From contig NW_026782240.1 of NCBI RefSeq assembly GCF_031769215.1, forward strand, positions 496,001 through 560,000: a stretch of 64,000 bases of DNA, read 5' to 3'. A program made the translations under genes and the position numbers. A model generated the notes under the pieces. It worked only from the letters and a program-made list of their open reading frames with translations, was not told the DNA's origin and made no database searches. The number at the start of each line of letters is the position of its first letter. The stretch's first letter is position 1. Positions 24,601 to 38,600 of the stretch are shown here, piece by piece. This DNA comes from Ylistrum balloti (taxonomy: Eukaryota).

Positions 24601-26399
24601 AAAACGGATTGAAGTGTTGCAGATTGATGGAGATGTTTAACGGTCGCTACCATGATTCCGTAAGGAAATATTCCGTGTGATGTGAAGTTCGATATTTTCG
24701 ATACTCTTTAACACGACTGGTGGTTTTGTTGTTGTTATAAGACATTAACCGAGAGCGACAGTATTTATGAACTGTCATCCTTTGGCTTAAGTATAACCGA
24801 TAAATACCAAATAGATTTGACCTGAATAGTGAACAAGGTTGACTTCATTTAGATGGCGGTTCCTGTACTTTTTATTCTGTCGTAAGGCCCATCTAAATTT
24901 TGTCATTTACTCCGTTTACATCTCTTAAGCCGTTGTACGATGGTGTAGTTTGTTAATTAAGTTGTTCTCTATACCGAGGCCAGAGTTACATATACTCGGA
25001 GTGGGTATTGGTTTTGGGCATGTTGAAACGCAGATTTGTTGATTTGTCACTTTGTGATCTTTTTTAACATAATTATGAACTACCTTGTATGTATTCAGGT
25101 GTAAAATGGTCAGCAGATTCAACGGTGAAAATTTCAGAATTATCGAGAACTGGTAAATTTGCAGTTGAAAGGGCAAAATGCAATGATTTCCAAGAAAGCC
25201 CTCCGACTATAAGACTATGATTCTGTTTGAAAAAACAATTTTGGCTGTATGTTATCTTCACTTCATAAATGGCATTATTTAAGGCTATCTACATAATACT
25301 ATTTCGAACTTCTTCGTGTACAAGAAAGAAGGTGCATCGCTTCGGTAAAAAACATCATCATATCTAAGAATTAACTGATTTTTTTTTTACATTTTAATGT
25401 TTGAAATTGTATATTGTGCTACAAATAGCATCCAGCGAAGTTTAAATTGGTTCGTGGGCAAAAAGATATTGTTCCGGAAAATAGTATGTAGAATCTACGC
25501 GATGCTTTCATGTGTTGCAACTCCGGACATATCTTTCAACAAGAGGTCCCTTGGGTCTTGACGGTTTCCCGAGTTCAAATCCTAACGCGTTTTTCGCTTG
25601 GTAGTTCAAATTCCTCAAAAACTAAAAGTGGGCTTCTATAAATAACCGTCACGTGACACAAAGCATTGGATAAGGACAATGTATTTTGTGAGCAAAAAGA
25701 AATGATTGAAATGCTAGGTAAAAAGTTTCTGAGAAAACTGGTAGTTTTACTACTTCCAAGTAATGTTGACCTTTGACCTTGTGACCAAGAAACGTCGTAA
25801 AAATATCTACGCGTCATGCCAAACCTGAAATATTTCTAAAATGCAAACGTTCCATGGCACAAAAGGTTGACAGTTTTCGTAAGGAATTGGCATATTATGG
25901 CTGTTTCAGTGTGTTTGCCTCGCCCATAAATTGCTCCGTCTCTCTGGAGGCATAACGACACATTCACATACCACAACTTTTACAATTTATTCAGAGTTAC
26001 TCCAAGGACCCCAAGAATCTTTGCAATGGGCCTGTTTCCAGTAATGTTAATTCTCCATAGGAGCCTGCCCCCGTATAATTTCTTATCCAGCTCAACTACT
26101 GTTTTTTTCTTTTCCGAAAAATAATTTTACACCTTTCCGACACCCAGATTTCATAATTTCAGTGAAAATGTATTTTTATAAAGTTGTCAATTTCAGCATC
26201 AAAGACATAAGTTCGTAAATAAAAGAAGGTTATCTCGAAATTGTAATTCGCAACATAGTATAAATTTCTTTTGATAAATATTTCCAAAACATCGTGTTTA
26301 TTCATAAAACATAAAAAAAATATTCTCGGATGAAAGTGCACTTGCAGAGACACAATTATGAAGAAAAATGCCATAAATTTGCAATTTTCTCCCGTTATA

Positions 26400-26960
26400 T
26401 AGTTTTGGATGCAAATTTCCATCAGAAAATCGGATAGAGCTTTACTTGTTTCATATATGTACCAAAAATCAGCTAATTCCATGTGGTGGAACGTTCTCAT
26501 ATCGCCGCCTCAATGTGGTTGTAAATTGAAAGAAAAGGGGAAATTAGTAACAACCTTGTCTGAAACCCTATTATATACAAACTTTTATATTGAATATCAG
26601 AGCGGATATTTTCATGACAGTTTTATGATGTGTAAAAAAATAAATAAAAATAAAGTACTGTTTCCCCGTCTCGATCTTGATTACTTGAGAACCATTACGT
26701 GTGGAACGTATCAGATATCTCTGGCTCCTGGTTACATTTAAGTGATGACGGCGACTATGAGGTGTGGCTTTACCAGCACTCCCAAGACCTTCTCCGATGT
26801 CAAATACATTCTCGACACAAAAGCCAAACGAAATATAACGTTTGGATACGGTTCACCGTTTCACCCGATGTTGAGGCCCCAAGTATCTTGTACTACCTTG
26901 GGTATTACAGGACGCTGGAAAACCCTCGACCATTACAACCACAGGTAAAGAAATTCCGAC
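26400..26960 (+). mobile_element. Relic of a DDE (PIF/Harbinger-ISL2EU-related) transposase C-terminal region with the SWIM core apparently deleted
   Basis: LDYLRTITCGTYQISLAPGYI (frameshift) HLSDDGDYEVWLY..LLRCQIHSRHKSQTKYNVWIRF..SILYYLGY matches a recalled LRxLTxGxYQxKLAxSY..GDYEI..IQSRH..YxxWIxY..ASVLWYLG pattern. Superfamily assignment is tentative. Confidence 0.55.
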
Positions 26961-27699
26961 AAAACTTGAAATAGTTTTCCATGCGGCAACAGAGTGCATA
27001 TGTCGAAAGTATGTTTGGGGCTCGATATGAAAGATCCCCGTTACCATGTGACTAACCAAACTTATATATAGGTATTATACAATCGCCGGTAGCTATGAAC
27101 AATCCCGTAAATGCGAAAACCAACCAAAATCATAAGGAACACGTTTTGTTTGTTGTTCTGTCTATTTGTCAGCCAATGTCTTCAACCACGGTTACTTGCG
27201 AAGTAGCCATCTTGGATTTTTTTATGAAAAAGTGTTTCTCTCACTTCTTTTTCATATCTGTGTACATATTCTCAACATACCGAGCAAATACTCTCGTTTT
27301 TTTTGTTAATTATCTAAAGAAAGTCGAAAATCGGCAATTCAACCATAGGCTAATTCAACCCAACATTTGAAAATGTTCCACCACTTACATTTTGATGATT
27401 TTCCCTCTCATCAATAGCATCTTACGTACTATTTAATAGGATAAAAATTGGTTTGCATCCGATGCCCATAAAAGGGTGTATTCTCTAAAAAAAACAGTTT
27501 TTGTGTATAAAATGTTATCGAAAATGGCATTTTTGAGATTGTTTCTTCCATAAAACAGCCAAATGGCGCGATGGAAACATGATTTTTTGTCACAATCATG
27601 CTATGAATGTATTCTTTACGGTGACTATCATTTGATTAGATTTTCATTAATATTTTACATAACATGCACATTTTATCAATACTTAGACAGCTTCTGAAA

Positions 27700-28605
27700 G
27701 GTACAACTTTGAGGAGCCATAAAAAACAAACCAAGTGACCTAAATCTTTATACTTTATAGATTTGTGACTACAACGGCACGGGCAATGCACCACCAACAG
27801 GAAATTTGAATCAGAGAAGGGAAACCGGCCCTTTGATATCCCTTCACGTATTGATGACACTGGCCGCGTTTGGTTAGAATCGGCCCAGTGTTTTTGAGAA
27901 GGAGCTTGACATGCAAAACTTGACGGACGACGACGGAGAAAAGGCTACAACAATCAGTCATGTGCCTTTGTGCCTTTGGCTGAGGTGACCTAACAAGTTT
28001 TCTAGTGGTCTTGACAGTCAACTGAGACAAACAGTATTCAATACAAAGATTATAAGGATACATCTTAACGTTAGGAGCTTTCAAGTGCCATAAAAAGAAA
28101 TTGCGAAATTGATGATAGAATTAGAAGACTTAGCGATATGTTGAAACCTCTGGGGTCATCCAAGGTAAATATACGCATACCATCCACCGTCAACCAACAT
28201 TTATAATTCTAACCAAGTTTGAAATATTTCCGATAAAAATGAAAGAAATTGTGCTCAAAAATTTAATTTTCCTATACAAACTACATTTAACATTATTCCC
28301 GCCCCAGGGGGAAATGTGAGGTACTGAATTTTCACAAAACACCTTAAGACCTTTCCATCAATGCAGCACATTCGATTCTACCACATCTGGGTGTAGAATG
28401 CGTTTTTGAAACTGGCGTCAATATTACCCCTAGAGACAGGAATCATATAATTCAAAATTTTGATTCCCCTTAGGTCAGAGAAGTTATCACTGAAATTTTT
28501 TTTCCCTCCAGAAGTTGAAAATGTTGTAACTTTGTGGATGTACAACGCCCGACAAAATGGGATTGGCAATAGGTCAACATGAGACTTTGTTTCAAGCTAC
28601 CTAAA
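27700..28605 (+). mobile_element. Two adjacent non-autonomous Helentron/HINE-like elements
   Basis: 3' ends with gacggacgacgacgga..agtcatgtgcc..ggctgaggtgacctaacaa (~27925-28000) and gacaaaatgggattggcaataggtcaacatgagactttgtttcaagctacctaaaa (~28550-28605), typical of the terminal hairpin-type ends of these elements. Confidence 0.5.
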
Positions 28606-29289
28606 AATCTTATTCCCCTAAATTCTTAAAATAGATTTTGTGCAACATAAGATAATTCATAAACAAAACAAAGATGGTGCTTTCTTGTAAACTGCATTTT
28701 ATTCTAACGACTATATGGGATTAAAAACATTATTAAATATCAAGGTTCTACAACAAAAATATACTGTCCATCCCAAACCATATCTAGACAAATACATTTA
28801 CAAGGGTTTGAATATCAATGTTAAATATGAAAATTATAATAAATGTTTTAAAATTCATACATACTGTCCAGATAAAAAATATATACACACAATACTTATG
28901 TCACTAATGAATGAGGGTGGAAGGGCAGCGACTTGTTCTTCAATAACACTGTAAATAGCCAATTAACTGGAAAGTGCTTTGGATTGATGGAGTAATACTT
29001 ATTAATCAAAGGTCTTTATAAAATGTATAGAATAGAACTTAAAGGTACCATTTTATTACAGAATGGATCTTCGCTTCATGTACCTTGTTGAAATGCTCAA
29101 TCAGCATTTGGTCATTGTGTTTAGAGTTAGGAAATGTGGTGTATATCATTATACACATTGTGGTATAAGTAGATACCAAATTAACCTTAAGATAATACTG
29201 ACAATCAAGTTCATGATATAGACTTACAATTACCACCCCCAAAAAAAGTCCACCTTCAGTTCCAAATAAAGCTCTGATACAACTGTTTT

Positions 29290-29627
29290 GATATTGTCTG
29301 AGAACACCTGTGTAGTGATATTGACAGAACACCTGTGTAGTGATATTGACAGAACACCTGTGTAGTGATATTGACAGAACACCTGTGTAGTGATATTGAC
29401 AGAACACCTGTGTAGTGATATTGACAGAGAACACCTGTGTAGTGATATTGACAGAGAACACCTGTGTAGTGACATTGTCAGAGAGCACCTGTGTAGTGAT
29501 GTCAGAGAACACCCATGTAGTGACATTGTCAGAGAACACCTGTGTAATGTTTTTGTCAGAGAACACCTGTGTAGTGATATTGTCAGAGAATACCAGTCTT
29601 GTGATATTGTCAGAGAACACATGTGTA
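29290..29627. repeat. 25-27-bp minisatellite, about 13 copies
   Basis: Unit (ga)cagaacacctgtgtagtgatattga; explains ORFs 29039-29620, 29230-29622, 29390-29647 and 29415-29759. Confidence 0.95.
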
Positions 29628-31344
29628 ATGCTTATTTTTCACAATAGGCACTCCACCACTTACCTCTCAGTGTCTTTTTCTTCTATAATTGGGTTTACTA
29701 CCTGTATTGCTTCCCCATTACATTTTCAAAACATACAAATCATAATTTATAAATCATAAAAAACCTGATTTCAGACAGTGAGGTACATGTCTTGCAAGCA
29801 ATTATCACATTTTCATACAACTGCTAGATGGCATGAAAAATTACAAGCTTATAGCCGATTCATCAGCATTTTTAAACATTTCACAATTGAAAATCAATGA
29901 AAAAACAATCTATACTTCATTCATCAAACTGTTAAGTTTTTATTTACACAATCACATTTTTCACATTTAGGATTTACATAATACAAATTCACAAAGATTT
30001 CATTAGTTACATGTCATACATCTTAAAAATCTAAGAGTTCACAAATATAAATATCATATTTGGACCCTTTTGTATTTTAAGCAGAACTTGAATATTTCAG
30101 AGGGGCATTTTCTACTATTCTACATCTACAGTTTACTTCAGCCATTTCATTTAACCTGCTTAACAGGAAATGATCTGTACATGAATCTAAAATGTGAATT
30201 TCAATAATGTAACTAACCACTTTCTGGTAAATAACATGCTAAATTCTGAAAAATATGTTTGTTTACACTAAAAAGTAAAGTATGTATATGAATAAATCTC
30301 AATTTGAAAAAAAAGAGCACCAACAGTGATGGTAAAAAACACTAAAGCTGGAGACAGAACACAAAAATACTCATGTACCTGGTATTTACTTTAACCACAT
30401 CAGCAACACCACAATCTTTTACATCACTCAGCATACAGATGAATATGCACTGACCATTGTAGCTGTTCACAAAATATCATTCTTTTGCAGGTTTGATGGT
30501 TTTTTGTTAATAAACTTTTGTCCTCTCTATAAATTTCATATCCATAAAAGTGAAACAATAAACCATTCTGGCAAGCTCTACATCCTTCTTTCAGTGACAA
30601 TGTTTCCTACACTGTCACATAATGTAAACTAGCTTTACCCTTGCAGAAATTAATGTAGATCACCAGAACGGGAAACATCAACAGATTAACCTTTACTATT
30701 ATATGACAGTATTGACAGCACTATAGAAAGATATCTAACAAAGGCAATCAAAATGACGACTGACACCATCTCTTGCAGGAAGTAAATGACCCTCCCTGTT
30801 TTTCATGAAGCAGTGGCATCGTTCTTTAAATTGGCAGAAATCATACATTTTCCACAATATGACATTTACATGTACTTATTTCCTAAGGTTCATACTTTTA
30901 ATGTTTCGTTTGTGACATTATGTTTAGGTGAAGGTGGAGAGAATCATTACAATTGAAGACGTATCATGTATTAGAACTGAAGTTTACCCAAATCTACACT
31001 CATGGTAAGATGGACTCTTGTAAAGAATTTTCATTTAATTATTTCTCCATACATGCATACAATTTTTATGCGAGTGAGCATTTTCAGGAGAACAATATAA
31101 AAAGATTTTGATATGTGACATTTCTGACCTATACTCATTATACTACAGGATACATATAATCTGACTGAAACAGTCCATTTGATTTAGTCTATCCCATTTG
31201 TTCTAGCTAGAAAGCAACATTATGTATATGGGATTAATCTCCTTTTTTATAAACAGTTGGCCATTACTTAATCTGTCTGGAATGTGACAATCAAGTTAAA
31301 AACAAATCTGATCAAACAAAAAGTTTATTTTATCGCTTTTTTAG

Positions 31345-32010
31345 AGTGAGGTTCACAAGTACACTAACCTATACAGTGAGGTTCACATGTACACTAACCT
31401 ATACAGTGAGGTTCACATGTACACTAACCTATACAGTGATGTTCACATGTACACTATCCTATACAGTGAGGTTCACATGTACACTAACCTATACAGTGAG
31501 GTTCACATGTACACTAACCTAAACAGTGAGGTTCACATGTACACTAACCTATACAGTGAGGTTCACATGTACACTAACCTATACAGTGATGTTCACATGT
31601 ACACTAACCTAAACAGTGAGGTTCACATGTACACTAACCTAAACAGTGAGGTTCACATGTACACTAACCTATACAGTGAGGTTCACATGTACACTAACCT
31701 ATACAGTGAGGTTCACATGTACACTAACCTATACAGTGAGGTTCACATGTACACTAACCTATACAGTGAGGTTCACATGAACTCTATCCTATACAGTGAG
31801 GTTCACATGTACACTAACCTAAACAGTGAGGTTCACATGTACACTAACCTATACAGTGAGGTTCACATGTACACTAACCTATACAGTGAGGTTCACATGT
31901 ACACTATCCTATACAGTGAGGTTCACATGTACACTAACCTATACAGTGAGGTTCACATGTACACTATCCTATACAGTGAGGTTCACATGTACACCAGCCT
32001 TAATAGTGAG
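31345..32010. repeat. 30-bp minisatellite, about 22 near-identical copies
   Basis: Unit gttcacatgtacactaacctatacagtgag; explains ORFs 31387-32031 and 31826-32077. Confidence 0.98.
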
Positions 32011-32643
32011 GTCCAAATGCATACTAGCTAGACTAAAACGTGAGATTGACATGTACACGTTCAAGACATATGTTTGAGATCCTTGAGTTAATGGCACATA
32101 AAATGATGTAAACAAGACAAGTGTCTAGACTAGTATTTCAACTATGAGTGACTTGATGAATAAAAAAATATATTTGTATATTAGATGTCTTCTTTGTGCT
32201 ATCTAGTACAAAAAAGAAATACCACAGTTTGAAAGAAGTTTTATCTATCGCAATAAAAATGTTTGCAGATTCAGCTGAACATCGGCAACAATCTTGTTAC
32301 CTCCCTTTCTAACAGTACCTACAATGATCAAACATTGCACGTAGGCTAGTTACTAACTAATGACCATAAACAGTCATCAGACATCATTTCTTTTGGTCAA
32401 CACTGCTGAGAAAAAAATTTCAATACAATTTGCGATCATCCTTGTTGTTAGTCACATTTTCTTTTTTTCAAAAGGGAAAACAAGGTTGATCAATGTTTGA
32501 AAAAGATGTACACTGAATTTGATCATTAACTAAGCTGAGCTACGAGACCAAGAAAATGATCCATCCACCTTGTATCTAGAGATAGATAGTACCCAGAAAT
32601 TGAAACAACAGTAACAAATATAACATAAAAAATTTAGTTTGAT

Positions 32644-35600
32644 CTATCTGCCAGCTTCATAACCAGGAAAGAAATTCTGTAATATTGTCCGCAGTGTTTT
32701 GTTAACTTTGAGTTCATCCTCATCCTGCTTCAGGTCAGTTCGACACATAGGACAGCTGTACACCTCAGCTTTGAATGATCTGAGTAAACATGGCTGAAAC
32801 AAAATATAAATTACTAATAAGACAACAATGCAGACAAAACCCTAATGTTTAATTCATATTTTGTAATTCAGAAGAAATTTGCAGGTGAGGACAATTGAGT
32901 TTGTTGTGACAATTAAAGACTAACACTAACAAAACAATGATCTTCTCTTTCAGAAATCAGTCCCAATGTACCTAAATAACAATTTGGCTTTTTTAAAGAA
33001 AAAAAAAAAAGAAAAATTCAACAAGAGGCTCATGGGCCTTAACGATCATCAAACTACAAAAACTTCCGGTAGGGAGAAGGGTTATTTTTTTTCTACTTTG
33101 AATGAAACCTTACTAAGAAGCTGTTTTCCATGATGCAAAAGGTAGTTTTGGTTAAGTGTTGGTAACTGTAACAAGTGTTACATATGTTTTGCCAGTAAAG
33201 TGTGAAATAGATATTGCTTAGGAAAACCATGATTGTGCAATCATGTTACAAACTGGCCACCCTGGCTGCTGTAGCGAAGTTTTGACGAGGTCGAAAAATA
33301 ACAACACTTTGTCTTTGTTGGCTATCTTTCTTTAACATTCCCACTATTTTTTCTTTAGGTAAATGGCACCATTGGAACTGGAGAAGAAGTTCAAAATATA
33401 TTTTTCAAGATTGTGGCCATGGCAGCCATCTTGGATTTCAGACATGCCTGAAAAATAACAACACTTGGTCAGGATCATCTCAGGATCATTTCATGCAAGT
33501 TTGTGCTCAATCCAAGTGGTGGAACTTGAGAAATTTGAAATGTCAAAAGTTTACACACTGCGGATGATGACAGACAAAGCATGATGACTATAGGTCATCA
33601 GATAACCTAAAAATCAAACTTGCCAAAGACATGCTTCAGTTTTAGAGATAAAGGACACCAGATTGCTTCCTGCTGTATCAACACGTTACACATTAAACTT
33701 ACCTTACAGATATTATGGTTGCAGACAGTTGTGACAGGTTTGAACACAACCTCCTGACAACAGATACAATTGAAAAGCTCCTCTACTTTCCCTAGAAACT
33801 TCTGCAAAAGAATTGATGTAAAGTCACGAAGCGTGTATTTCCTATCCAATTGTGTATAGGTAAGGTCATATATTGAAGTTTCTGTAACAATACAGCAATA
33901 TTATTTCATACATTATTCTATCAAACAGAAACGCATCCCAAAAATGACAAAAGGCTGTTATGCTGATATCAAATCCTGTTATCTCAAATCTGATAGCCTC
34001 ACTTACTGAATGCCTGTCTACAAAAATCATGAAACTAAATATGGCCAACAGCTAGACAGTGTTTTTCCAGTTACCAATATATTTCCACAGCAAATATTGT
34101 CTTCACACTGAAATAACTTTTCCAGAGAATAGCTCATTTCACTCTATACACATAATAGATTGTGTTGCAGTTCTTCGGAGTTTTGTCTTCATACCAAGAA
34201 TGATAGTGAACATGTTAAACCTAAACCTGACCTTTAAATTTAAATGCTTCCATGTCACTTACCTGTCCCCCCTCCTTGGTAAGTAACATAGCATCCTCCC
34301 ACAGCTTTTTGTTAATTTCATCCTGTTTGATGAGCTGTAGCTGTGCCGAGTCTATTTTGTATTTGGCCACCTTCTGTTTCTTCTCTGGAGTGCCACCTGG
34401 TGAGGAATCTGGACAAAAGATGAATAATTTTTTCAATGTTTCAGTGGGTTATGGGCAAAGCAATGCTGTCAGATTATGTGTAAAGACATTCCTAGACAAA
34501 TTCCAAGTCATTATCTGTGATAATTCAAATCAATACATTAAAATTTGAATTGTTTGCGTCCTTGTTTCTGGCATGTACACCTAAATACATGTCAGTTTTG
34601 AAAAGAAACTGAAAAATGTGTATCTGCAAAGAAACTCTAATGGATAGTTCAATGGTGCCAATAATTTGATATTCCAGACAAAAATATCTTTTTTCATTTG
34701 AAGGATGTGAAGTTTAACATTGCCAATAGGATACTTTGAAAGCATCTAGCAGGAGACATTTAAACCAATGTATTGTTGAGTTTTAAGACTACAGAATAAT
34801 CAGCTGATCAAGTCATCTTTCTGTTGTATCAGTCTATGATAAATACATCAGAACAGTTTGGATTCCAAATGAAAGGTATAATAGATTTAGTGATCATTAA
34901 TATTTTAAGTTGAATGCAATGTCCTGTTTTGTGAAGATTATTTCCTATTAATATATTACCTAGTTGTTGTTGTCTGGTCTAGAAAGTGTTAAGTGTTAAT
35001 CCTTTCCTGATTGAATAAATCTTTTAAATATTTGGATATATTATTTGGGATATTCCCTCATTTCAATATTAATATGTATGTACCCAAGTAAGTTTGTTTC
35101 CTCACTTAGTATGGAGTACATACCAGAGTCACTTCTCTTCCTCTTGCCTTTTCTCTTCTTCCCAGAAGAGGATCCTGATGTTTCCTCTTCCTCCTCTTTC
35201 TTCGCCATGGCCTCCAGATACCCAGCAGGATACTTTAGAAACATGCAGGTATACAATCACTTTTCACATTCAGATACAGTTTTAGATCACCAACTTTATG
35301 AATAACAGTTGGAGGAAATACCAATGTTATTTTAAGCAAGAGGTGCAATGGGCCTGCATCACTGACTTGGTAATTGATGTTTTTTTGGTTTTTTTTTTTT
35401 TTAAATATATGTCATTGCTTTCCAAAGCAAATCTATCAAATTTATCCATTTACCTGTCAGATAAATCTATCAATTTTATCCATTTACCTGTCATATAAAT
35501 CTATCAATTTTATCCATTTACCTGTAAGATATCATGATTATAGGATTTTCAGCTGAGCAGAGGAAGTCATATGAAAAATTTAACAAATATGACTTGAATA

Positions 35601-38600
35601 TGAATCAAGATATTATTTTCATTAACTTCATCAGGCCTCATCCCAGGAACCTACCATGATTAACCAAAAAGCTGCCCAGTCAATGAGCCGCCATGGAGAA
35701 GTAATTCTAGGTGAGTGGTTATTTGAGTAAAAGAAAAAAAAAAGTAAAAATTTTGTACTTGAATATGGGGCAAGGTTATTTCTTTGTGTAAATTTCCTCA
35801 GCATTCATCCTAGCAATCTTCCATGCAAATATCATGATTCTTAGCCCTGAGAAATGCGTGAATAGATTTGCACAATACCAAACTTAGTGTATATAATCTT
35901 ACCTGCATTTCCAAGCCTAGTTCTTCAATACGCTTCTTGCCAGCTTTTGTCCAGGGAGCTGGAGTTGGGTCATCTCTCTTTAAGAGGTACCTCCAGACAA
36001 GGAAACCAGATTTCCCTTTCTCTGGCCAGTATTTGGTTATCTAGGCAAACCAAAAGTCAGAATCAATAACATTTTTACCTTTGTATTGCAGATTTGTACA
36101 GTGTCAAATCTTAAACAGGTCATTCAGTTTCTAAATGTCTCATTTTAAATTGGTAATATTACTTAAAATTTCTCTTTTTGTTTCAATAAATATTTTTTTC
36201 CCTTAAATCTCTTAAATTTCGAATTAATTCCATTTCATCATTGACGGAAATGGTGCTTGTTTAGATTTCTTTTGAATTCACATTTAAAATTTTTTCTAAG
36301 TTAGCATTTCTGAGAATGTCAGGTTTGATGACATAGTCTCTGTTGTACATCAGATATTAATCATGTAATGCAGGGGTAATATTTTCAGTTTTGGTGTAAT
36401 TTCAGTCCGATATTGACACTTTGTTAAAGGGATTTTGAGATTTAGTCCTAGAACTTCAGACCAAATATCTCTGGTCATCATATGCATGATTTAATTAACA
36501 GGAGACCTCTGAGGGATTTTGGCATCACTATTTATTTATTTCTTAAAAGTTGGATCTTTTCTCTTCAGTTCTCCTCTTCCTATGTTTTTTGTTTTAAATT
36601 ACAAATTCCTTGACAAATAGCAACAGTAACCTATAACTGCCAAATCCATGATGGTCACCTGTTGGCCATTTTGTTTTTTCTGATTAGACCCAGAATCAGA
36701 AAGGCACAACTAGGAAACAAAAGGAACCTGCATATGAAATTTGACAAAGATCTATCCAGTATTTTTTTTACAAAACCAACTCTCAATTGTCAAAATAAAA
36801 AAATGGCTGCCTGTCACGTCTGGTTTTATATCAGTCCAAAAATCAAGGGGTGCAATTTAACTAGGGACAAATGAGAAACTACATATCAAATTAGAGAAAT
36901 GTCTATCAGGTATCTCTCAGTTAACATCACAGTGATATTGAGACCTGTTTACTGATGGAGGGAAGAGAAACCAGGATGTAGGGTGATTCTAATATCCCAC
37001 CCTCTCTGATAATCATTGCCAATAAAAGCGAGTGTTGTATCAAATCTATATTTATAAAGCCAGTCAAATATCCAATTTTTAGGGCAAAGGTTTCGCTGAC
37101 TAATGATTGGTCGTTGTACAGAAACAATCATCAAAATGACATGACATCACATTCCCAACACTAATCAAAACATCTATACTGTACTCAACAAAAAAGCCTG
37201 AAACACTCATTGATACTACAAACACTAGTCAAACACTGATAATTCCCACAAATGCCAGTAAAATACCAATTAATCCTACACATGCCATTCAAACACTGAT
37301 GATCCCTTTGCATGCCAAACACCCAGAATTCCAAAGCACGCCAGTCAAACACCAATGAATCTCAACCATGCCAGTCAAATATCAATGATTCCAACACATC
37401 ACAGTCAAACACCAATGATTCCCACACATCACAGTCAAATACCAATGATTCCCACACATCACAGTCAAACATCAATGATTCCCACACATCACAGTCAAAC
37501 ACCAATGATTTCCACACATGCTAGTCAAACACTGATGATCCCCAAACACACCAGTCCCACACTCACACACCAGTCAAATATTTATGAAAGCAGCACACAT
37601 CATTAAAATACTAATGTATAAATTACCGATAATACATACCTTGTAAATACCATCATAGCGGTTGCCTTCCTCTGGGGCATACTTGGAGTGTTTCCTTCCC
37701 TTACAGTTGCGTACGACACGCACTGGCTTCCCTTTCTTCCATTCTTCAGAACAAGCACCCTTCTTGTTGTCTATGGTGGCATTGCAGTTCTTAGCAAGAG
37801 CTCTGTAATAACAGTAGAAACAGAAACCTTAAGTTGACCCCAGATGACAGCTATTATTGATAACTGTTTGATAAGTTAGATATTGCTATCTGTTGTTAAT
37901 TACCTGTTATGTTAAAGTTGATGATATAAAAAAACTAGCATACTTAGTGTTGCAAAACAAGTCCCCTATAAGCTCCCACAAGCTATTATACTGTAGGGAT
38001 TCATAAAGTTGTGACTAATTTTAACGAAACCATGCAATAAAATAAGTATGACAATCAATACTAATGTTTAATGTATTATGGTCATCTATACTTTTGTGAA
38101 GTTTCATTACCGTAAATGTGGAAATTTACACGTTGGGGAAATTTACATGAAATATGTGGAAGTCATTTGTGTATGAGTTTTAGACATATTACTGATATCA
38201 AAGTATACATTAGATATGTGAAGGTACATTGAAAGAGAAAATAACCCAATGTGGAAATAAACATGATGTCAGTATACATAACAACGGACCAAGGTGAACA
38301 TAGAGAAAATTTGAAAATGATCCATTAAACACTTTTCTAGAAAAAGAGACAAGGATGGACGATGGACACAGGGCAATTTGAACAGCCCACTATCCGATAA
38401 TGGTGGACAAAAAAATAATGGATGGCCCCCACCCTATGATGCGTAAAAACTTGATCCTAGATTGGTACATATTTCAATCAGCAGTCAAGAAGTAGAAAGT
38501 CTGCATGTCTTGATATTTAGGTCACAAAACAAAAGTAGAGTACTTAAAATCGGTTCTTACGTGACATTTTCAATATTCTTGGCAGTAAGTCTTAGTAAAG

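Noticed and set aside
29039-29759. Four overlapping ORFs on both strands
   Set aside because: All derive from the 25-27-bp minisatellite.
31387-32077. 214-aa repetitive ORF (MYTNLYSEVH)n
   Set aside because: A by-product of a stop-free 30-bp unit; no splice or promoter support, and antisense to UHRF1.
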